64,000 nucleotides of DNA, taken from assembly GCF_025210605.1 (NCBI RefSeq), contig NZ_JAOARI010000004.1, positions 29,189 to 93,188 on the forward strand. Direction: 5' to 3'. Made by a program: the position numbers and the translations under genes. The notes under the pieces are model-generated. The model saw only the letters and a program-made list of their open reading frames with translations, had not been told where the DNA came from and did no database searches. Origin of the DNA: Halodesulfovibrio sp. (GTDB lineage: Bacteria > Desulfobacterota > Desulfovibrionia > Desulfovibrionales > Desulfovibrionaceae). Shown piece after piece: positions 56,493 through 64,000 of the stretch; the first letter of the stretch is position 1; each line of letters starts with the position of its first letter.

Positions 56493-57263
56493 GTGAACCG
56501 CAATATTATCATGCTGTTAGCATTAGCTTTAGTAGCTGGGACTGCTCTGATTGCCTTTAATAAATGGATGATGCGCGATGCTTACAGCATGTTGGACAAG
56601 AATTCGTCTGACATTGAGACGGCTGTTGAAGTGCAGAAAAACAGCGTGTTAGACACATTGGTTATAGAAAAAAGTACAGCAGATACAATTCAAGCAGTTT
56701 CCGGACAGCGAGAGCGATTAGTAAAAGATGGCACGGAGTCTGTTGTAGCAGTCTCAAAAGGACAGCCTGCTACCGTTCCTCAAACAAAGACTCGTGCACA
56801 TCAACACGGTGATAGACCACGCCAGACGGTAAAGTCTCAGACAGGTGGAAAAGCTGCGACACAAGGGGGGCTGGAAGCGAGAACGTCTTCCCTTCATCCA
56901 AAGCGTACTCATCACTCTACGCCAAAACGTAGAGTGAAGAAGTCTTCTACGAGGGTGCAGAAAAAATTATCGCCGCTTGTGGCTGTAACGTATAAGAATC
57001 ATACGTTACGGGTTACTGCTGAAAAAAAAATTACATATAAAATATTTGCATTGAAAAAGCCGGATAGAGTTGTTGTGGATGTTGTGGGACACTTCACTAA
57101 AGCTCTACCGAATCCGAAAGTGACAGCGGATAGTGTTGTAAAGGCAGTCCGATTAGGTCATCATGAGGATAGAGTCCGCATTGTGTTGGATTTGCAAAGA
57201 AAAATGTCTCCTAAATGGGTTGTGAACCACAGCGGAAAAAATCTCTCTGTAGCAATGCAATAG
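56493..57263 (+). CDS. Membrane-anchored protein with basic disordered linker and C-terminal AMIN domain
   Basis: GTG at 56493, after GGGAGGG. One N-terminal TM (IIMLLALALVAGTALIAF). The C-terminus LRVTAEKKITYKIFALKKPDRVVVDVVGH...VRLGHHEDRVRIVLDL matches the AMIN pattern. Confidence 0.65.
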   Translation: MNRNIIMLLALALVAGTALIAFNKWMMRDAYSMLDKNSSDIETAVEVQKNSVLDTLVIEKSTADTIQAVSGQRERLVKDGTESVVAVSKGQPATVPQTKTRAHQHGDRPRQTVKSQTGGKAATQGGLEARTSSLHPKRTHHSTPKRRVKKSSTRVQKKLSPLVAVTYKNHTLRVTAEKKITYKIFALKKPDRVVVDVVGHFTKALPNPKVTADSVVKAVRLGHHEDRVRIVLDLQRKMSPKWVVNHSGKNLSVAMQ

Positions 57264-57297
57264 CGTTTAGAATGTGCTTTATCCAGAGTCGTAAACC

Positions 57298-57329
57298 AAA
57301 AAAAGAGCCGGATTATCCGGCTCTTTTTT
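57298..57329. terminator. Bidirectional intrinsic terminator
   Basis: AAAAAA-GAGCCGGA-TTA-TCCGGCTC-TTTTTTT. It lies between convergent genes ending at 57263 and 57344. Confidence 0.85.
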
Positions 57330-57343
57330 TACGTGATACAATA

Positions 57344-57544
57344 TTATTTTTTTATTTCAAACCCAATACCGGTGATGGCATTTTCAATAGTTTCTGTAGG
57401 AACAGGGCTTGCTTCCTTCCATTCAACATTTCCAGAAACAAGGTCTATTGAAACATCAGAGATGCCTTCGATGGCTTCAAGTGCGGTAGTAACTGCTTTA
57501 ACGCAGTGCTGACATGACATTCCGGTAACAGTAATTGCTGGCAT
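57344..57544 (-). CDS. copZ: Copper chaperone (HMA domain)
   Basis: 66 aa. Contains VTGMSCQHCVKAV. Confidence 0.85.
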   Translation of the reverse strand: MPAITVTGMSCQHCVKAVTTALEAIEGISDVSIDLVSGNVEWKEASPVPTETIENAITGIGFEIKK

Positions 57545-57702
57545 TATCTAATCCTCATGCAACTGTTTAAAAAGAATTGTATTCACTCGGTCTCAGGAGT
57601 AGCATATCGAAACATTAGGTACCACTCAACCATCCAATATCGATTTTTGTGCGGTGCCAGAAAAGTTTTTTGTAATTTTTGTTCGAAACAATGAGGTTTG
57701 CT

Positions 57703-60246
57703 ATGACTGATAACCATATCGAGTCAATTGATCCGGTGCAGCTCAGTAAAATTACAATGCCTGTTAAAGGTATGACGTGCGCGTCTTGTTCTGCCCGTGT
57801 TGAAAAAGGGGTGTCTGAGGTCGCGGGGGTTTCCAGTGTTGCAGTAAATTTGGCAACTGACTCCATGCAAGTAGATTTTGATCCAAACCAAATAAGTATT
57901 GCTGATATTGCGCAAAAAGTTGCAGATATCGGGTACGAAGCGGTAGCACCGGAAGAAGGTTCCAGTGACGGTGATATGCTGCGCTTTTCTATTTCTGGTA
58001 TGCACTGCGCTGCGTGTTCAGCAAGGATAGAAAAAGTAACATCACAAATGCCTGAGTTTTCTTTTGTTGAGGTAAACCTTGCAACAGAAATTGCCAGAAT
58101 CACTCCTGCAGAAGGCATTTCCAAAGAAGTTGCCATTACAGCGTTTACTGAAAAAGTGGCAATGCTGGGGTTTGGCGCAACCTTGCAGGAAACTGAAGGT
58201 GCAGGGGCGCAAGATGTAACAGCTATGTGGGAAGAGCAGCAGGAATCTATGCGTGCTCGTCTAGCTGAAATGAAAGCTAAGCTCATTCCTGAAATAATCT
58301 TTGCTGCTCTCTTATTGATTATTGCTATGACTGACATGACAGGGTTGAGTTTGCCTGAGTGGTTAGCTCCTCACTCCTCGCCAAGAACTTTTTCTCTTGT
58401 CCAATTGATTTTGGTTATCCCTATCATTTGGTTAGGACGTGATTTTTATATCCACGGATTTAAAAATCTGTTCAGGGGCGCTCCAAACATGGACTCCCTT
58501 ATTGCTGTGGGAACAGGAGCCGCATTTGTTTACAGCTTGTGGGGGACAATCGAAATTTACCTTGGCATTGATGTAATGGCACGGGTAATGGATTTGTACT
58601 TTGAAGCAGCAGGCGTACTTATTGCTCTTGTGTCGCTTGGTAAATTCCTTGAAACTCGCTCTCGTTCACATACGTCCGATGCCATTAAGGGGTTGATGGA
58701 CTTAACTCCGGATACTGCGATTCGGTTGGTAGATGGAGAGCAGCAGACAGTCGCTGCGACAGAAGTTGTTGCAGGGGATATTTTACTGATTCGCCCAGGT
58801 GAGCGTATCCCTGTGGACGGGGTTATTGTTGAAGGTGCTTCCAGCATTGATGAATCCATGCTGACAGGTGAATCGCTTCCGGTATCGAAAAAAGAGGGTG
58901 ATACTCTTGCCGGAGGAACAGTGAACACACATAGCGTATTAACTATGAAGGCAGAGCACGTAGGCTCTGATACTGTTCTTTCGCGTATCATTCGTGTTGT
59001 GCAGGATGCACAAGGTTCGAAAGCTCCTATTGCTTCCATGGCAGATACTGTAAGTCTGTACTTTGTGCCAATTGTCATGTGCATCGCGTTGTTTTCAGGC
59101 ATAGCTTGGCTGGTAGCAGGTGCTTCTTTCCCATTTGCATTGCGTATTTTTGTTGCAGTTATGGTTATTGCCTGCCCATGCGCCATGGGGCTTGCAACCC
59201 CTACATCAATAATGGTTGCAACAGGGCGCGGCGCACAGCTCGGTGTCTTATTTAAAAACGGTACAGCACTTGAACAGACAGGGCGCGTACAAACCGTAGT
59301 GTTTGATAAAACAGGTACAATAACACACGGCAAGCCGGAACTTGTTCATGTAGAAGTGCTTAATGGCATTGATGAGTCCACAGCAGTATCCTACGCGGCT
59401 TCACTTGAAAGCCTTTCTGAGCATCCATTGGCTACCGCTATTGTTAAGGGGGCAAGAGAACGTGGTGTGCCGCTTCTGGATACGCAGACAGTAACTGCGG
59501 AGTCTGGCAAAGGTATTTATGGTACTGTTGATGGTAAGACTATTCGGATAGGTAATGCGGCTTACGCAGGGGTAGAGCACAATACAGATGTTCTGGCGCG
59601 AATGAAAGAGCAGGCATTGCAAGGAAGGACAGCTCTTATAATGTCTGTTGATGACGAACCTGCGCTGTTGCTGGCTGTTGCTGATACCATTAAGCCGGAA
59701 GCATCTTTCGTTGTTCGTCAGTTGAGAAAGCGAAATATCGACGTAGTCATGTTGACAGGGGACAATAGTGTTACCGCTGCTGCTATGGCGAAACAGGCGG
59801 GCATCGACACCGTTATTTCAGAAGTACACCCTGAAGATAAAAGCGATACGATAAAGGAATTGCAATCCAAAGGGCATTTGGTTGCAATGGTAGGCGATGG
59901 CATTAATGATGCTCCGGCACTTGCAACTGCTGATGTAGGTATTGCTATGGGAACAGGAATTGATGTGGCTGTTGAAGCAGGCGATGTGGTGCTGATGTCC
60001 GGTGAGCTGACTGGCGTTGTTACTGCTGTTGAGCTTAGTCGTGCAGCGGTCAAGAATATCAAGCAAAACCTCGTGTGGGCATTCGGATATAACACACTGG
60101 GTATTCCAGTAGCTATGGGCTTACTGTATGCGCTGTTTAATGGTCCTACCCTTTCCCCGATGATTGCGGGAGGCGCTATGGCTCTTAGTTCCGTCTCTGT
60201 AGTATCCAACGCGCTCAGGTTGCGGTGGTTTACTCCTTCAAAATAA
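57703..60246 (+). CDS. copA: Copper-translocating P1B-type ATPase with two N-terminal HMA domains
   Basis: ATG at 57703, after GAGG. Contains GMTCASC and GMHCAAC, then [22 protein letters not shown] and MLTGD. Confidence 0.95.
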   Translation: MTDNHIESIDPVQLSKITMPVKGMTCASCSARVEKGVSEVAGVSSVAVNLATDSMQVDFDPNQISIADIAQKVADIGYEAVAPEEGSSDGDMLRFSISGMHCAACSARIEKVTSQMPEFSFVEVNLATEIARITPAEGISKEVAITAFTEKVAMLGFGATLQETEGAGAQDVTAMWEEQQESMRARLAEMKAKLIPEIIFAALLLIIAMTDMTGLSLPEWLAPHSSPRTFSLVQLILVIPIIWLGRDFYIHGFKNLFRGAPNMDSLIAVGTGAAFVYSLWGTIEIYLGIDVMARVMDLYFEAAGVLIALVSLGKFLETRSRSHTSDAIKGLMDLTPDTAIRLVDGEQQTVAATEVVAGDILLIRPGERIPVDGVIVEGASSIDESMLTGESLPVSKKEGDTLAGGTVNTHSVLTMKAEHVGSDTVLSRIIRVVQDAQGSKAPIASMADTVSLYFVPIVMCIALFSGIAWLVAGASFPFALRIFVAVMVIACPCAMGLATPTSIMVATGRGAQLGVLFKNGTALEQTGRVQTVVFDKTGTITHGKPELVHVEVLNGIDESTAVSYAASLESLSEHPLATAIVKGARERGVPLLDTQTVTAESGKGIYGTVDGKTIRIGNAAYAGVEHNTDVLARMKEQALQGRTALIMSVDDEPALLLAVADTIKPEASFVVRQLRKRNIDVVMLTGDNSVTAAAMAKQAGIDTVISEVHPEDKSDTIKELQSKGHLVAMVGDGINDAPALATADVGIAMGTGIDVAVEAGDVVLMSGELTGVVTAVELSRAAVKNIKQNLVWAFGYNTLGIPVAMGLLYALFNGPTLSPMIAGGAMALSSVSVVSNALRLRWFTPSK

Positions 60247-60253
60247 AGCAACA

Positions 60254-60285
60254 AAAGGTGGCGCATTATGCGTCACCTTTTTTTA
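60254..60285 (+). terminator. Intrinsic terminator after copA
   Basis: AAAGGTGGCGCA-TTA-TGCGTCACCTTT followed by TTTTT. Confidence 0.8.
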
Positions 60286-60389
60286 TATTCTATCAGACAT
60301 TGCCTTCGCATTTGGCTATGCAGATCAAACTAACTGCTATTTTGTATGAATGTCTTCGTGCAGGGGATATTCAAGTAAGTTTGAATGGT

Positions 60390-60812
60390 TCAGTACTGGC
60401 TTATATATTCCGAAATATTGTCGGCAGAACAGTTTTTACTTACCCAGAAAGCCGCTGCCCAGACCATAAGCGCAGTTGCATCAGTATTGCTGAGTTTGTT
60501 TAATTTTGCATCCAGAGCGTCTCTGCTAAGACCGTAGACATTGTGCAGGTCTTTTGTATCACATGCTTCCGCAATACGTAGCCGTAAATAATCTTTACTG
60601 GAGTTGTTCGGTTGAATCCGTAAGTTTTTGTGTGCAGAGATGATGAGCGCAAGTTCGCTGTCAGAAAAACAGTGCTTGATTGTTGTGATTGCACGGAAAA
60701 AGGTATCGACGACCCACGGCAGAATAAATTCAGCTCCGGCACTTTTGGTGCGGAAGTAATCTTTCAACCATTTTTCTTGTTCGGTTGTAATACGTGCGGC
60801 TACTTGCGGCAT
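60390..60812 (-). CDS. Hypothetical protein (140 aa), no recognisable family
   Basis: ATG at 60812, after GGAGG. The sequence MPQVAARITTEQEKWLKDYF... has a possible ribbon-helix-helix-like start. The region is AT-rich. Confidence 0.5.
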   Translation of the reverse strand: MPQVAARITTEQEKWLKDYFRTKSAGAEFILPWVVDTFFRAITTIKHCFSDSELALIISAHKNLRIQPNNSSKDYLRLRIAEACDTKDLHNVYGLSRDALDAKLNKLSNTDATALMVWAAAFWVSKNCSADNISEYISQY

Positions 60813-60942
60813 ACAGAAGAACCTCCAATGTGTCTCGGGGGTGTATCTTCGGAATGTGCTGAGTCCGAAATAAAAATTACTTATCAAAAATTACTGTGTG
60901 CAAAAAATTATTAGACATAAGAGAGTGGGACAGCGCACCAAG

Positions 60943-62418
60943 TTATTTAATATCAACAAGTCCTTTTAGTGTAAGGTGCTCAGGTAACATTAAAATGTTT
61001 CCTGTCTTGTTATCTATATTCACATCACCTTGTAGAGAAATAGAAGGATTAAAAATTATATCCCCATACACTTCCAATTTAGTGCATGAAGCTAGAGAAG
61101 GGACGCCTTCCTTAAACTTGTCATATATATTGTCAAAGTTGCTGTAGTATCGTGGGTCAAGATGGACTTGAAGATTTTGCGTACGGTTGGCTTCATTTAA
61201 TTTGAGAACACCTGAGGAGTCGAGCTGGTAGTAGTCGGACATGACTTTCAGAAGATCATCGGTGCGTTTGACAGGAATAAATCTGTCGCGGGAAGTGATG
61301 ATGGCTTGTGCTCCTGCAAAGTGTGAAATGGCAGCACCCATAGCCGTTTCAATTTGGTAAACCGGTGTGGAATTTTTGTCGTGAGGATTAACATGCTTTG
61401 GATTAAGAATGAGCGGAAGTTTAGGTAATCCTTGTTGTTGAATAGTACTTTTCAGTGCTACTAAATTTATCCAAATATTGTTTGTATTGAAAAGTTTATG
61501 CCGCTGAATATTTTGAAATTCTTCGATATCGCAATCAGGACATTGGCTGAGTTCTCGTAAAATGAGATTGCCATCAGCATGTCTGGCAAGATGCCCGCCT
61601 TTGCTGTCATTTACAGTGCGCTTAGTTACTTCCATAAGAAACGGGACTTGCTCTTGTGCTATGTAGCCCAGTATCCGCATATCAAGTGTGGCACCGAGAT
61701 TGTCTATGTTGGATATAAGTGCATATTTACGCCCTTGTCTGAGCAGAGTATCCAGTACGCCAGAAAGGTAGAGTGACGCAAAAATATCTCCATGCCCCGG
61801 AGGGTTCCACTCATATTCAGGGTTTTCTGGATATTCTACCGGCATGAGTGTATCTTGCCGTACTTTAGGAAATTTGTGCTGAATAAAGCAGAGTGGAAGT
61901 TGGGATAGCCCTGCCATATGGCGTAATTCATTCAGAGTATCTTTATGGGTACTGTCACTGTTCATTAAGACAAGGGGAAGTGAACCGCCGTATTGGTTCT
62001 GCATAGCTGTCGCTTGCTTAATGGTAATATCCAGAAAAGAAAGGTGATCTTTGACCGGAAGCAGCGATTTGGCAAACTGCATTCCCATGCTTGTTCCCAG
62101 CCCCCCATTCAATTTTATAGCAACAGCCTGCCGTGCAATAGCTTTTCCGACATTTTCATATTGTTTCAGTTCTTGAATGGTTTTTATCTGAGATTCGTTG
62201 ACCGGAGAAATGTCTTGTTCAGGAATATGCCCTGTCTTTAATTCTGCAACGTCTTTGAAATAGCTCGTAAATAAGTCTATGACCTTGGCGGGCATACCTT
62301 CTCTACGCATCTTTGTAGCATATAAAGAAAGAGGAGATTTAGTGCTGGAAGAGTTTGTTGAAGCACTGACAAGCAGTTGGTGGTCTGAAAGTGTATTGCG
62401 AGGGTCGGATGTAGGCAT
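60943..62418 (-). CDS. UTP--glucose-1-phosphate uridylyltransferase of the eukaryotic-type UDPGP family
   Basis: ATG at 62418, after AGGGGA. VAIKLNGGLGTSMGMQFAKSLL is the UDPGP signature. Also contains NSDSTH, WNPPGHGD and ISNIDNLGA. About 490 aa, unlike the ~300-aa GalU type. Confidence 0.82.
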   Translation of the reverse strand: MPTSDPRNTLSDHQLLVSASTNSSSTKSPLSLYATKMRREGMPAKVIDLFTSYFKDVAELKTGHIPEQDISPVNESQIKTIQELKQYENVGKAIARQAVAIKLNGGLGTSMGMQFAKSLLPVKDHLSFLDITIKQATAMQNQYGGSLPLVLMNSDSTHKDTLNELRHMAGLSQLPLCFIQHKFPKVRQDTLMPVEYPENPEYEWNPPGHGDIFASLYLSGVLDTLLRQGRKYALISNIDNLGATLDMRILGYIAQEQVPFLMEVTKRTVNDSKGGHLARHADGNLILRELSQCPDCDIEEFQNIQRHKLFNTNNIWINLVALKSTIQQQGLPKLPLILNPKHVNPHDKNSTPVYQIETAMGAAISHFAGAQAIITSRDRFIPVKRTDDLLKVMSDYYQLDSSGVLKLNEANRTQNLQVHLDPRYYSNFDNIYDKFKEGVPSLASCTKLEVYGDIIFNPSISLQGDVNIDNKTGNILMLPEHLTLKGLVDIK

Positions 62419-62562
62419 TATGAATCCCCTTTTCACGAAGCTGGTTATATCTTACACGGCATATCGCTATGAGTTTGCGGATGAGATTACCCACTACCAC
62501 ACTGAGGAGAAGCTGGAAGTATAATTTTCGTAAAAGGGAAGTACTTAGAAATATCGAAACGT

Positions 62563-62598
62563 AAAATAAAAGCCTGCGGTGTATGTTGCCGCAGGCTT
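62563..62598 (-). terminator. Intrinsic terminator after the UbiD-family gene
   Basis: On the minus strand AGCCTGCGG-(9 nt)-CCGCAGGCT is followed by TTTATTTT. Confidence 0.8.
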
Positions 62599-62603
62599 TG
62601 TTG

Positions 62604-64000
62604 TTAGATGATATTATGCAGACAGCCACCTTTGGCAGCCATTGCATCGACAGAGCGGGTTACATCAGGAGCTTCTTCCAGCGCAGGCGCATGGAATGAT
62701 TTAAGGCGGGCATCAATAATAAGAGGTCCTGTGCAGCCCCAATGTTTGCAATGGGTAAATGCACCAGCACCGTAAATATCAGTTGCAGGGTCGGAACGGG
62801 TAAAGGTTACCCAAAGGAAATTATCCCAATTTGCTGCTGTAAATTGAGCATCATCCGCAACGACCACAAGCGGAATAGAATCGAGCTGTCCGATATTATC
62901 AAGATGCTCGGCAAGGCGGAACATGGCATTATCGTGCTCATCACGGCTTGCAGCATGCTTTGGTCCTTTTACAACAACGATACCGGACATGAGCATTTTT
63001 GCATCAGTAAAGCCTTCCGGCAGAGTGAAGTGTGCTGGAAGTGTAGAACCGAGAGTGCGTTTTACAGAACCGCAGGCTGTCCAAAGCAATTTAGAGCCTT
63101 GGTTAAGACCTGTGCCGGAATAGTCGAGTGTATCAATGGTGCTTCGGGTAATGAAATGGAGGTCACGCTTAAAATCGGTACGTTCAAGCATATGCGTGAA
63201 GAAGTCTTTATAGCTGTGCGTAGTCAACCCCGGATTATCTTCTTTGGCTGCAAGGATTGCGTATTTTGATAACGAGGTTTGTGTATTTCCAAGCAGAGAC
63301 ATACCGCAGGTAATAAGCTCTTGCGGCTGACGTTCTTCAGCATATGGCACGTATCGTTCGCTGCCTATGGCAAGAAGAAGGGGGTGAACTCCGGCTGGGT
63401 CAACTGCATGTACTTCGTGTACCCCATTGAAAACGGTCGGCACAAGTTCAGTGGTAAGATCATGAATAAATTCACCGAATACAGTGTCTTCTTGCGGCGG
63501 GCGTCCAACGGTAGTGAAAGGCCATATTGCATCGTTGCGGTGGTAGACGTTGTCTACGCGCATAAGTGGGAAGTCATGTGCGAGGCTGTAATATCCGAGA
63601 TGATCTCCAAAAGGACCTTCAGGTTTCTGTTCACCCGGATAGACTGTACCGCTGATACAAAAATCAGCTTCCGCCATGATTGGCAGGTGGTTTTTGCGGG
63701 TGACCATCGGCATACGGAAGCCACCTAATGCTCCGGCAAAAATTAGTTCGGCAATACCTTCAGGAAGGGGCATAACCGCTGCCATTGTCATTGCCGGAGG
63801 TCCACCGACAAAAATATTCACTTTAAGTGGTTCGTTGCGGCGGAGTGCTTCGGAATGGTGATAGCCTATGCCGCGATGAATCTGGTAGTGCAGCCCGATT
63901 TCTTTGTCTTTTTCAAAGGGCGCACCAGTGAGCTGTACGCGATACATGCCAATGTTCGAATTCATGAACCCTGGTTTGTCAGGGCTTTCTGTGTAAACTT
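62604..64000 (-). CDS. UbiD-family (prenyl-FMN-dependent) decarboxylase, 5' end outside the window
   Basis: The frame stays open upstream of the listed Met to the window edge (..VYTESPDKPGFMNSNIGMYRVQ). Contains NIGMYR, PPAMTMAAVMPLPEGI.E, GPFGDHLGYY and IIDA. Confidence 0.85.
   Translation of the reverse strand, partial: VYTESPDKPGFMNSNIGMYRVQLTGAPFEKDKEIGLHYQIHRGIGYHHSEALRRNEPLKVNIFVGGPPAMTMAAVMPLPEGIAELIFAGALGGFRMPMVTRKNHLPIMAEADFCISGTVYPGEQKPEGPFGDHLGYYSLAHDFPLMRVDNVYHRNDAIWPFTTVGRPPQEDTVFGEFIHDLTTELVPTVFNGVHEVHAVDPAGVHPLLLAIGSERYVPYAEERQPQELITCGMSLLGNTQTSLSKYAILAAKEDNPGLTTHSYKDFFTHMLERTDFKRDLHFITRSTIDTLDYSGTGLNQGSKLLWTACGSVKRTLGSTLPAHFTLPEGFTDAKMLMSGIVVVKGPKHAASRDEHDNAMFRLAEHLDNIGQLDSIPLVVVADDAQFTAANWDNFLWVTFTRSDPATDIYGAGAFTHCKHWGCTGPLIIDARLKSFHAPALEEAPDVTRSVDAMAAKGGCLHNII

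Overview
This 64-kb window reads like ordinary chromosomal backbone of a Desulfovibrio-type anaerobe. That placement is inferred from gene content only: hypAB, two sigma-54 enhancer-binding circuits, an RRM RNA-binding protein, TRAP transport and UGA-Sec recoding. I support about 55 protein-coding genes. I saw no rRNA, tRNA, CRISPR array, transposase or integrase.

Gene content, in order:
- two tandem membrane GGDEF paralogs with a decayed third copy between them
- panC, a DUF502 gene and metK
- an orphan C39-like cysteine peptidase
- an RRM protein
- an ArsR plus ArsP-type permease pair
- a Tat-signal iron-sulfur flavoprotein
- a YeiH-like transporter with a LysR regulator
- rpsF-rpsR-rplI-dnaB, then lptD and a periplasmic beta-carbonic anhydrase
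- a sigma-54-driven dctPQM-sdaA operon with its divergent two-component system
- a HAD hydrolase and a peroxiredoxin-like gene interrupted by one in-frame TGA
- a GAF/sigma-54 activator divergent from an RND efflux pair
- an amidohydrolase and an amino-acid ABC transporter
- a mogA-like, HD-GYP and UbiA prenyltransferase tricistron
- an EptA-like transferase, an Mrp/NifX-like fusion and hypAB
- two TPR paralogs plus an AMIN-domain protein
- copZ and copA
- an AT-rich islet with a eukaryotic-type UDP-glucose pyrophosphorylase
- a 5'-truncated UbiD-family decarboxylase

I found no defence island or obviously new multi-gene machine. The best-supported unusual items are:
- the probable selenocysteine (U-x-x-C) peroxiredoxin-like protein with a SECIS-like hairpin
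- two complete sigma-54 circuits (activator, repeated upstream sites and a GG-N10-GC promoter) readable directly from the DNA
- the HD-GYP/UbiA translational coupling
- the uncharacterised TPR-TPR-AMIN module
- the degenerate GGKRF paralog and GGDEF relic
- the AT-rich UGPase islet

All functional calls come from motif recognition by eye. No database search was possible.
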